Shown: piece after piece, positions 39,076 to 51,200 of the stretch
Layout of the letters: every line of letters starts with the position of its first letter
Position numbering within the stretch: the stretch's first letter is position 1
DNA from: Ramazzottius varieornatus
Taxonomy: Eukaryota > Animalia > Tardigrada
Direction: 5' to 3'
Assembly (NCBI GenBank): GCA_001949185.1
Contig: BDGG01000002.1
Location: 2,663,826 to 2,727,825 of the forward strand
DNA: 64,000 bases
Made by a program: the position numbers and the translations under genes
Notes under the pieces: model-generated
Told to the model about the DNA's origin: nothing
Database searches by the model: none
What the model saw: only the letters and a program-made list of their open reading frames with translations

Positions 39076-41399
39076 TCACAACTACGGTAACTTTAATACC
39101 AGATTTTTTTATCCAACAAAAGAGCCTCCTTATATGTAGTTCACATTACAAGTAGCCCAAACGAAACGATTAGGACTATAGCGAATGTATGCAAATTGAT
39201 TGCAAATGAACCGGCGAAATGGCCAAGTTATTCCTGTGTACTCACGCGGAACACACGTGTTTACCTTTCAATATTCATGACTGGATTTCTTACCTCAACC
39301 GGCTTCTGTCAGCAGAAACCTCATAACCATGACGGCCCGTATAACTTTAAGTCGCGAAAAACACGCACTGAGTCATAATGTAATTTTATTTCTCGTCGCA
39401 GCAGGGAGTAAGGATTTTCTAACCTCTGGCACCAGCGTGCCGGTAAACATGGAAACATATGCTATAAAAGGCGAAATCGGCTGAGAACCTCCAAAACACC
39501 CCAAGACGATGCGCATCATGCCATCCTAGCATCCATCCAGTCCAGCTTGGAGACCAGAAAATCGAATTGAGCTGGAGCGAAGCGTGGACGGTGTTCAGCA
39601 TCCCGGCTAATACACTGTTGGTAGCCGGAGCGACGCCGTTGTCCCTAGGCCTAGGCCTTCAGAGACGCTGTTGGGACATTATGCAAAGCAGAATCGAGAG
39701 CGGTTTCACCTCGCCGGAAAGAGTGCACAGAGTACTGATGTGACGGACAGTCTGATTTGGATAGTATCGTGTAATGCTCCTTCGCGCTTTACGTCATCGT
39801 AAGCGCCTGCTATATGCTTCTTCAGAGGCGTAGAAACGATGCGTACTATGACATCAGTTTGCGAAGTTAAAAAACATTACAGTACAGTTTATATCAGGGT
39901 TGAAATTGGGCATTACGTCATTAGATCCAGTATAACGTCGGCGTGCCACTTTAATTTTGTGAATTGTGAAACAGCCAAACTATACAATAACGAGCTTACA
40001 TACTACATGTAAAGCGTTGAGGGAAGTGAAATACGATGGATAAATCTCAAGTTATCAGGCAAAAAGCAGGGCACCTCCGTTGGTGAAACGAGCTTCAAAA
40101 GGACCTGGCTCGAATGGAAATCTGATTGACCGACAGTCCGGCGCCGTTGCTCTGCTGTACACCAATCACGATTTCCAATCCGCTTCGCCAACCAGAGCAT
40201 TAGTGAGGGCGGTTCGTCCAGAGAGACTATAGGGGGTAGAGAAACCGCTGAGTTTACCTTAGAGCCGCAAGATATGGAAGACGTAAGTCACTTATTACTA
40301 CTAACGAACATTACCATTGGTCTGATACGCACAGAGGCCACGCCCCAGCAGAGTCGGTTGCATTTGGGTTACTTGACTGTTTACGGCTTATGGTGATGGG
40401 TTCCGGTAACCGTCCTTCTCTGTCGCTAGCTGGTTCTGAACGAGAAACCCGCAATATGTCCCACGAAAAAACTAGACAGATAGACGCTCTAGATATGATA
40501 CAGATCAAAAGGAAGGAATCAAGCGCGAAATAAATGGTACGGAAAGTGGCAAAACTATTGATGAGCCAAGCTGCTCAGTGGTTCGATATTTACTTACGGT
40601 AGCAGCTCCGTAGTGAGCCGTACTTAGGTGCTCGCCGGACCTATGACACAAACGCACGCGCTTCATGTACCTGCATACATGATTAAGGCGCAGCGGCTCG
40701 ATCTGTCAGGTTAGGCCGAACCGTCGGTTTCTCCGAGCGGCTAAGGGTCATCGGAGGTCCCTTTGACCCGGACCTGCAACGGAAGCTAGTCCGGCAATGA
40801 CTTGATCTCCAAAAGACTGGCGTGACGTACGTGTAGCATGCCAATGCGTAGGTAGTTGTTCAGGTATCAAACCCCCTGGCGGGGACGTTTCAGTTATTGG
40901 TTACCCCCGAAAATGTTTTAGAGTGTCTTGCCAAAAGGGCGAACAGTTTTATGAGAGTTTTGAGACACGGAGAGATACGGCAAACTTACCATCCGTTGCC
41001 CTTGATGTTTTCTCAGACTTCACGTCAAAAAAGGGTTCTTTGGAGACAAAACTGTCCCGGACATTGGGCGGCCGAAATCCGAATGTCATACACCCCCGGA
41101 AAAAAATAGGGTCGGATCGAGATACTATACGTCGACCAGAGTTTTCGTTTCCCTGACTGCATGATTTCGAAGTCTTGACTCGGTGTGGAGAATGTTCTGT
41201 CGATCGTATTCGACGAACTGCCAGCTGTTTACACACTTCAGTGCCTCTCCGGATGCGCAATGTGTTTCGTCCAAAGCATGTATTGCAAGCGTTCCCTCTA
41301 TACAACTTGCCTTGTAATACAGAAATACCGGTTCGGACAAAGGAACATTGTGATCTTTGAGTTTCATTACTTGAGAAAATGTATACGCGGCTTGGGACA

Positions 41400-42168
41400 C
41401 AGGGCGCTCGCACCAACTTGCTACCACCTGTCATTTCCTCGAGGAAAAAATCAGATTGCTTTTTTTCCGCCTGTTCTTCCACACTATCCATATAGCTTTT
41501 CAAGCTGTTTCCTTTGAACTATGAGCCGTTTTATGATATTGAACAGCACCTTGAAGAATTTGACTAGTGTGAATTCTTTTGGGGAAGACCTATCGTAACC
41601 ACCTAAACTGTTGTCCACAGGATCCCATGTTAGTTTCCATCCGACATCTGCTATCAAAAGGCCAAAAACTCTCTTGGTTGTACGTGTGAATCAAAAAGAT
41701 CCACGGGAATATCGAAATAACTCAGCGAATGAATTCCAAACAGCGAGTTCGGCCATTTTGCCGACAAACCTTGCTCTATGATAAAAATTCCAGCTTTTGA
41801 CCTGATCGACAGATTCTTTGCTTCGACCTATTTTCGATTATCCCAGCTCGCAATTTAATTTTTTCCGGTCACAGTAGCGCATGACTTCAGCGGAAAAGTG
41901 ATAAAAAAATTTTTTTGAAAACGACCCCAAAAACTTCGAAAGTTGATGGACTTTTGGCTTCTCTCTTCCTCCAGCTTAATATCGCTCACGACTCATCCTC
42001 AAAAGATTTCGAGTTGGTTATTTTTCACGAGGTTGCAAACAGGATGTCTAACCAGGGAAAATTCGTTTGTAAGTTGAGTAATGACCGGGGAAAATTAGTA
42101 GGTGAGTAACGATCCAGTCGTGAAAGCTATGATTTTATGGGTGGTAGCAAGTTAGTGCGAGCGCCCTG
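41400..42168. mobile_element. Non-autonomous Tc1/mariner-type element with 29-bp TIRs
   Basis: CAGGGCGCTCGCACCAACTTGCTACCACC ... GGTGGTAGCAAGTTAGTGCGAGCGCCCTG|TA (1 mismatch). The left flank is CA rather than TA. Confidence 0.8.
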
Positions 42169-45100
42169 TATCTGTGAGATGAACTCGTCGTACTAAAAGG
42201 AATTTATATCACTTGTTACCGTAACTTCCTTGGGCTCAGATTCAACCATTCATGGTCTCCAGCCCGTACTTCTCTTTTTGTGTTCGCCGAACGACCTCGA
42301 ACCGTTGGGTTATCGTGTCCCTCTGAAACTGCGGTTACCTATCGGTAATAGTAAGAACGTAGCGAGCCGCTTCGCGTACACCCTGCAGCTAACAAAGTGC
42401 TGTCGAGTGGAACACGTGTTTCTCTAACACCTTGAGCACCGGGCGGGAAACTCACTTTCCTGGCGCACACCAATTAGTATGTAGCGGAATTCCAGTTCAG
42501 CTTTTGGTGCTCGGTTTTTCTCGTTTGCCTGAAGAATCAACTTCTCTTCAAGCTGCAACTAACGGCCACTGGTCGATAGCTCTGCAAAACTGTCTAGATT
42601 TTTTCCTTTCTGATGAAATTTCGTCGTAGCCAGCCAATTTTTTTCTCAGCCAGGTTGTCGGTTGGTTCAGAGTCCACAAAAAAATTGTAGCTTGAGACCA
42701 AACATTTTTGCATCTTGCGAGAGTTTCGGATCCGTGAAAAGATCTGCTCAGTGGTTAACATAAAAACATGAAGGTTGGCCGTTTTGACTTGGTAGGTGGC
42801 GCACTTTACAGCATGTCCCAAATTTCAGCCGATCGAGTAGGTTAAGACTGGCCCAACTTGGAGCCGCCCCCTAGTTTTGACCGGTTAAAAAGAGACACGA
42901 AAGTGACTTTCCCACCTCGTGTTCTCAAAGCATGAAATCGCGTGGTGCTCAAGGTGCTAATTAAAATTTGCCCCGAATGTTGCTCCGATGTACCTCGACC
43001 AAAAAGAACTCCTCCCCTCTCCCCCCTAGATGCTTCGTCCTCGAGCGACGCCTTCGCTTGCAATCTGTCTTTATTCCCCAGAACCTTCATACCCCTACAA
43101 GCACGGACCCAAAAAGCTTCGACTTTTCAACATTCACGAACCTTAGTAACTTAAGCCTTAGCGACACCCTGACCCACAGCCATTGCCTCCGGAATCTTGC
43201 AATGGAATTTTTATTGTAAAGTTGTCGTTGACAACAGACATCCGCTGTTATACAGTACTATCCGAACTCCCCTCGATCGCGATCACTCTAACGATAAGTT
43301 ATAAGGCATTTTTCAGGCAGTCGAAACCGTAATAGACGGAGAGCTTTCGAATTTAGTTGCAGTGGGGCGAATCACAGTTCACTGGACGATGTTGAGCAGA
43401 AGTTCTAGAACGACCGAGCTTGAAGATTTGTTTGATATCGTGTCACCATAACAAACAAATGTGGGGAACGGGGAAGATTTAACTGCCACCGAACTTGACT
43501 CTGTGAGCCCCCAAATTATACAATGCGTGACACCATATCAAGCAAATGTGACCTGACAGAAATACCTGTCAACAGGAAATGACTTATGGTGTCTATGGCC
43601 GCCCACACTGCAGGGCACAACCTACACTTGTTGTTCTATCAGAATATTCGGAGCAGGCCAAAACAAGGCCTACGCTTTTGTAAGATGCAGCTAACTTTTC
43701 AACCTCGACCTACGTCGCTAACTTTACAACATTCCATCGTAAAAAACACGGACGTTAGCACAGCAGCGGTATATAAAGGCCAAACTGATAACAATGAAAA
43801 GTGTTGTTAAGACGGGGTTTCTTTGCTCCTCTTTCTCATCGCTTTGACCTGACCTCCCGCGGTTACTTGCTCGCCGGTTCCTTTCCCAATGATTAATTTC
43901 TCACTCTGACCTGTTAGCTGTTGGCTTTAGGCTGAACGGGTTGTCAGGGGACGTGGTAATGAATACCTGGTCCACTTTTAAGAATATCTTACGAAAATAA
44001 AGCTCGTTGAAGTTTTTGAGCTGTCTTTTCCCAACAGGACAGACTTTCTTAAAACTGAACCGGGCTACTGATAGTCTTCTTGTTGCCGTACGTTTCAGCA
44101 TTAAGCGTAGAGTTTCAAGAATACTGTTGGCGACAATAGAATTTCTTCGTCTCCACTGGTGCTTCTGAAGGACGTCAAAATTTTCAAGATTACGTCATGG
44201 ACAGAAACAGCTCCACCAATTAACCGCAAGGCTGAAGCGGAGCTTCCTTATGCTTAGAGAAATGAAGATACCAATCAGTGATCTCGGTTAAAACGAGGGA
44301 ATTGAAATATTGCTTCTGACCAGAGATAGAATGTTTTGAAATAAGCGTTCAGAAACTGGCAATGCCATACTGAAAGATATAAATTCAGGTCGGTATGCGC
44401 TTGAGGGTGCGTCACCTGCTACAGTAATAATTCTCGTCACTTCAATGGTACAACCTAGACGTGAATTCTATTAATATAAGCCGAAGCGAGCTACAGTAGT
44501 AAGGAACATGCGTCTGACAAACTTGCACGTCCAGGACGTCATCTCGTTTCGTGTGTCAACTTGGCATGCTGTTGAAAGCGGCATCCTCGTTCTTTTCCTA
44601 CCATTCCCTAGCCTCCAGAAGTGAATTCGAAGTTCACCGCACACTTCCTGATAAGCTGAGCTGTCAGTGACGTACCAAAGAAAATTATCACTGTACTTAA
44701 ACTACCGATCAGTCAAGACGTACCGGTACGTGCTACGTTTTGTACCGTGGGCCGTGAATGGTGTTCTACTGAATGGTGGACAGCACAGAACTTGATACAT
44801 ACAGAATGTCCCGACTGACCGGTAGTTTAAAGTGGCAGATGTAGATGACAGACTAATTTGCCTGGTCTTGTGAGTTTCGACGATCCAGAATCATTGTGTC
44901 CTTAGTATTTAGGTTTCAATCTGCATATTTTGTAAAGGATTGCTGGTCATGAGACGACCAGGAATCAATCATATACAATTGTAGTGTATCACAAGGAACC
45001 AGCTATCAGCTCGTTAATATTATGCAGTTAGAATAAAGATAAGAGACCGGAAAAGCACAGTTTACAGGGATGGCAGGCTTGCAAAGAGACCAGCGTGTGA

Positions 45101-45969
45101 AAAGCTGATTAGGGAAATACATAGGTATACAGCACTTTATTTGATTGAGACAGTGATCTTTGTGGTATCCGGTGTATCCCTCGCGTTCTACCTCAGTGAA
45201 AGTCTCTTCCTCGGTAGGCACAATGTGCCGCACTGATTTTCCACTGCCCCGAGACGGTTGGGAAAGTAAAGGTCGGTATGTATGAGCGGGCACTGCAGGC
45301 TGAATGGTTCCTGCGTCCTCGTTTCTTTACGGCGCTGCGATGTTTCGTTGATCTCCATGCATACAGTCATCATGGACCATTGTTGTTCTTTTCCAAATGG
45401 CAATCGATAGAAGGAGTATATACCTACTGAAAAAGTAAATTTTCCATCGTGTGATCTGTCGTCATGAAGAGGCTCAGGACTACCCGAGGAACGTCGAAAT
45501 TGAGATACACTTTGTTGGTTCCTCAGGCATACTTTAGTTACTTTTCATGGCAGTACCAACAAGCAGCGGAGCGTAATCATCCTCTGAGTGAACGAGTTTT
45601 GAGCATGTCCTGAGTTACTTCTCACGGTGCTCCAGAGTATTTTTATCGGACATTGTTCGACTTGTAATCAACTCCTTTCTACGGTGTTTTAACTACTGTA
45701 ATCTTGACGAGTTCAGCATGAACCTCCACGCAGAATGTTTTTGGAATAGAGCACTTCAGACCGAAAAAGGATACAATGCAGAAATCCAAAGCATCAATGC
45801 CGTAGAACAGATACTGAAAATTTGCAGAAGGGTTTTCCGAACAGAAGTAGCGATACAACAAACTGATAACAGATGGATTAACCCAAACAGCAACAAGAAG
45901 CGTGGAATTTAGGGTCCTTCTTTGAGCGTCCATTACCTGTTGAGCGCCGGCGAAAGAGATATCCTGCCC

Positions 45970-47115
45970 ATCTGTAATGAATCAAACAATCATTACCTCC
46001 ACATGGCTTCAAGCTTCCTTGCCCGTTAGTATAGGAGGTCTGGGCATCAGACGCACAGAGAGGATCACGCTCCCAGCCTTTATGGCTTCGATCCACTCTG
46101 TGCAGGCGCTGGTGCTCTCCATCTACCCGGAAAGCGACCTGGACAGCGTCGTCAACGGCGGACTGGACATTGGCCACTTCTGACTTCGGCTGAACTGCCA
46201 GTTCCCGCTCTTCGCCGACAGCAGCGTGCCTGGGACCTTCCTATGATGACGGAGGAATTCAGAAGTCTGATGGACCAGGGCGATATGACAACTAAGGCAA
46301 GACTGATGGCTGTTTCGACAAAGACCTCCGGAACCTAGCTGCACGCTCTGCCGGATTCCTCACTTGGGAATCTCCTCGACGACAACATACTGTGGATCAG
46401 CGTTGGGCTGCGGCTAGGATCGAGACTATGTCAGCCTCACATGTGCCACTGTGGAGAAGTAGTCGACGAGTATGGGCTCCGCGGTCTGAGCTGTCCAAAG
46501 AGCGTGGGACGCCACAGTAGGCACGCTAGTCTGAACGAGTCGGTGCAAAGAGCCCTCGTTTCAGCACAAGTTTCGGCGGTTCTGGAACCACTAGGACTTT
46601 CGCGGGACGATGGACTGAGACCTGATGGAAATACCATGATACCTTGGAAGAATGGGAAGGAATTAGTTTGGGATGTGACTGTGGTAGATACATTGGCGAA
46701 GTCCTACGTCGGAAAGACAAGCGAGAAGGTGGGAGCTGTCGCCGAAGACGCGGAAGAGAGAAAGATCCAGAAATACTAAGGCATCGCTTCACAGTACCTC
46801 TTCGTTCTTTTGGGATTCGAGACCTTCGGATCTTGGGGACCTGCAGCGACGGGACAACGCGATCGGGAAGCTTGTTGAGTTTTCTTTTGAGACTAGATCT
46901 CTTCAATATTTCAAACAGCGCTTGTCTCTTGACATACAGCAAGGTAATGCTTTCTGTGTTATGGGTACTGCGAAGGAGACTAAAGGACTCAAAGAAATAT
47001 TTTACGTTTTGAATCTTAGGAAGGGAAGAACCGCGTCCACGTAACTTGTTAATTTTGATTTAGTCTCCTGTTTCACTGTGGTCTTCTTTTGAAGAAAAAG
47101 TTATTTATTTGAATA
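45970..47115 (+). mobile_element. 5'-truncated, decayed CRE-like non-LTR retrotransposon (RLE domain)
   Basis: WLQASLPVSIGGLGIRR, CHCG..LSC..GRHSRH zinc knuckle remnant, RPDG..PWKNGKELVWD RLE motif and AEERKIQKY, with in-frame stops. It is paralogous to the 26.3-28.6 kb element. Confidence 0.88.
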
Positions 47116-47229
47116 AAGTAAATCCGCATCATTACTGTAACAAAACTGATTAACGACGTAGGCGCTCTATTTGGCCTACTGCGCAGGCTGCCATGAGTCA
47201 TATGGGGTTTATTACTGCCCCCGTTTTTA

Positions 47230-47725
47230 ATCTGGATATTCAAACGATCGACGGGCTATCGAATGGCCATTTAGAAAGCTGGGATCCGCTCTTGATCATC
47301 CCGCTATCGGGGAAGATCAGCTGATGAGATCTCTCGTCCTCGTGATGTTAGACCCTGTACGGAGTCGTACGCGTAAATCAGTCAATCAACGTCAGTTTGA
47401 ATCTTGCAAATGATTATTGATCAAACAATCAATGATCGACAGATGCCAAGATACTGACGTTTCAACCGCCTTGACCATTAGTCTTGATGTAAGTCTTGAT
47501 TGTGTGATCAAGCATCGTTTGCCCTTTTTGATTTCAAACTGATGTTGATTGACTGCGCGCATTTACCTGGGCTTGATTTACGCGTACGACTCCGTATAGG
47601 GTCGTACGTCACGAGGACGAGATATTTTATCAGCTGATTTTCCCCGATAGCGGGATGATCAGAAGCTGACCCCAGCTTTCTAGATGACCATTCGATAGCC
47701 CGTCGAGTCGTTTGAATATTCAGAT
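47230..47725. repeat. Foldback / long inverted repeat element (~495 bp)
   Basis: 47230-47380 is the imperfect reverse complement of ~47574-47725. Inner arms also pair (GTCAATCAACGTCAGTTTGA / TCAAACTGATGTTGATTGAC; TGATCAAACAATCAA / TTGATTGTGTGATCA). Confidence 0.88.
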
Positions 47726-48207
47726 AGAGCTTAGACGAGGAAAGTTGGTGGAAGACGCACAGTGCCAGAAGGGAATACTTCTATCATTGGTGAAACAGAG
47801 CTTACTCTGAAATGCCTGGAGGTAGCAGCTCCATTCTCTTCGGTCTAAACTGGAGGCAGCTGGAGCCTCCTACAGCTGAACCATTACTCCGGTGCTACCA
47901 CCTTCCAGTTTTCTTGCTACAGTGCATACACTGCGAGAAATCCATTTTGACCAGAAGCAGGATGTATTTTCTTGACTCTTGTTTGTTCCTCGAAAGACAG
48001 ATGGATTTGCTTTGTTAGGTCTCAGTCATTTCCGATTTCCAAAGCGTCATAAATGACTATCAAAATCTAGGACATTGTTACTAAAAGATGATATTTTGTC
48101 ATCCGTCATATACTAGTAAGAGCCGATAACCAATCGTACAAGCGCCACAAGGTTTTTGAAAGACATAAAGCAAAAGCGAGAGAAGGAAAAGTCAAAGCAC
48201 CGACATT

Positions 48208-51200
48208 CTAACAGCCTTGGATCAGTTCCGAAAGTTTCGTGAACTCCGGCGTGTCCAGCCACTAAATCGGAAAAGTGGTGAATTTTCAGCGTCACGAATG
48301 GTAAACTGCCTTCTCAGACAGTACCTTTATTTCGGTTTTGTCGTTGTCACCGAAGATAGGGCTACTGCTCAGTACCCCCATGCCAAAGTATGGGGTTCCA
48401 GCAGTATCGGTACCGAAGACGCCCAAGTAGCTTCCGGTACCCAGGAAATCATCGTCGATCACTTGTAACGCCGTTATGGTCGTGATGGTACTTTGCGACC
48501 GTACCACGTCAACCGTTGTGGCGGGATAAGTTTTGTTGCCATCTGACATGATGATCGATTTCCCGTCAGCTAAAACCTCGTCAGGGGGTTAGTTCTCGGT
48601 AATCGACTGTACAGTGAAATTTTAAACGTGTAGACAAAGGTTTTCATACCATTCACAACGAAGTAAAGTATTCTTTTGTCGAGGTCCAGTCCATTGTTGG
48701 TCCATGTGGAGTAACTTGACCCTTGAGCTTTCTGTGGCAGGACGGTGTCACAGGCGGCGGGCATGAGACCCACACAGAGGACAGCTACGTTGTGCTAAAA
48801 TGTTAGTTAATAAGGTTGTATGGATGGTGTGAAAGTCTTTTGTGGTAGGAGGGAGTTCTTTCGTACAGAGATTAGGACCATTTGTGGTTGGAAGTTTCCC
48901 GAATTATCTGTGACATTGACTTGAACATATGCTTGGTCCACGTTGGTCAACAGACCAGCCTTTGACCCGGTGAAGAACTGGCTGGTTGGTTGGGGGTTCG
49001 GTACCCGGGACGTCGGTAGGATCTTGCTGCGCTCGTAATCGACGGTATACTCCACCGCACAAGCACCTGGAAAGCCATGGGGTATCTCGTCGATTTGGTA
49101 ACAAGAAGGCCGGAAGGATGGAGGAAACCATAGGTTCTGTTATCACCTCTAAACATCAGCAGCTTGTCGTATCCTGCTGCGAAGTACCCCACGGATTCCT
49201 GGGGACCTTTTGTGCAGAAGTCCTGCAGGGAACATGGGTTAGCGGACATTGGCGTCGTGGTGGGCGGGTTGAAAGTCGTTGTGCACTGTGTGCCATGACC
49301 TGAAATCAGCCAGAAATGTTGCTTGTGTGAGCTAACGGTTATGCTTTGACAATGGTATAACTGATTCCCAAATTCAGGCACTTGTTTGCTTTCACGGAAA
49401 ACTGAATCGCCGAGCTTACTTTGATAAGCCTTTATTTTTTGACAGTGTTTAATAACAGAAATTATCGAGTAAAGCTGATGATCATAATAACAATCAATTT
49501 TTACGGAAATGTAGTGTACGTCATTTGGACTCGTTAGGGTTCTTCACAACAGGAAGCAACATTACTCTCAAGAATTCCCTAAAATTAACGATGTTTTCAA
49601 CCTGTCGAAATTCATTGTGGAATTCACGGAGACTTCACGCAGGTCGATGCCATACTGGTTGATCCGGTGTATTGTGCATTCCGGTTCGACAGATTGATGG
49701 TGGCGGCAAAAACAGTTTGGTACTTGAGCAGCGGTAAATGGTAGCAGACCTGGGTCCCCCATTCTTCCGTCGCGTTTAATTGCCCGTTAGTTACCGCGGG
49801 GGAGTGATCAGACGTCGTGCCCGGCGTTGGCATCAGTAAGCTTGTTGGCAACGCGGTGCTTGTCGGAACTTCCCTTACTGTAATTGAAGATGATGAAGTA
49901 CTGGCGGAAGGAGCCGCGGTAGTTGTTGTTGTACTTGTCAACGTGCTTGTGGACAAAGGTGCGGTAATTGCGGAAACTGGAGTGCTTGGTCGCGGGGAAT
50001 TCGATGACAACGAGCTCGTTGTAGTGCTAGATGAAAAACTGCCACCTGCTGTTGAGCTCAGAAGACTCGACGTTCGCGCAGGCGGCGCTCGGGTGCTAGT
50101 TTGCTGAAGAGTAGAGGTCACCACCGTCGATGGAGTCGAGCTTGAAAACTGCGTTGTGGCACCGGCGAGTTCTTTAGCTGCCAGCTGAACTCTCATCGTT
50201 GAGGTGGCTTGTGTTTTTCGAGCACTGAAAGTCGTCAGCAAGACGCTGGAAGACAGAGATGTCGAAGAACCCGTAGGTGCGGAAGTACTGCTGGACAGAC
50301 TCATCGAGAACGTCGCGCCAGCAGTAGTGATAATTGTCCGCGTAACAGTTGATGGAGTTACGGATAAACTTCTAGTGGTGCACTGACTGGAAGTAGCTGG
50401 TGTTGTTAGTGCTGACGAGACGGTAGTCTTTGACGGTGTGGTCGAAGCTGGAAGTGTAGTTGTCAGTGTAGTCCTGTTTGGTGTACTGGAAGCTACTGTG
50501 GTAACCGTGCTGGAAACCGTCGTGCTGGTTATTGAAGATGTGGTCGTGCTTGTAGTGGACGTCAGTGTTTGTTCTTCGCATTTCACTGCAAGTAGCGAGG
50601 AGACCATTGACTCTATGAATATAATAGCTTGTTGAAAATAATACTTCGAGGTATCTCAACGTACATGGGTCGCATCGGTCAGCATCACACCCGTACTCTT
50701 CGCTAATTTCTCTGCAGTCCATCTCGCTTAGCCGATTCAGCATCGGAATTCGATAGGGAGGATTCTTGACAGTGAAGGCCACTTGACCGGGCTTTGCGAA
50801 GACGGTCTGCTGGTTGTGCGTCACCGAGCAAAGGTCGTAAGCGTGCTTGTTCTTAGTGGTGCCCCAATCATATTTGTCATATGCAAAGGCCATGCCTGCG
50901 AAGAATATCGCGTCCCGTTACCCCAGGTGCCAAACTTGAATCGGATTATTAAGTCATGTGTGTCGTACCGCCTGCGATGCCAGAGGACACAATCTCGATG
51001 AATGCATCACGGTCCGGACGTTGGTGTTCCGTGCGCTTGCCCAGAGCGATAGCAAAATATTTCAGAATGTTATGATGCGTTCCTCCGAGGCATCCGTCCG
51101 AGCCGCGTGCCAGTACCATTGCTTGCTCCGAGCTCTTCTTCGCGTGGTCGGCGTAAACACCGGGGTAGCTTGAACACTGCTTTTCTTCCGTTTTCCTTTA

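Noticed and set aside
40949-41503. 184-aa and 100-aa minus-strand ORFs
   Set aside because: They span MITE and dispersed-repeat boundaries and have no convincing protein motif.
43300-45930. Scattered exon-like or transposase-like fragments (e.g. NLDEFSMNLH near 45700)
   Set aside because: Too short and interrupted by stops to assign.
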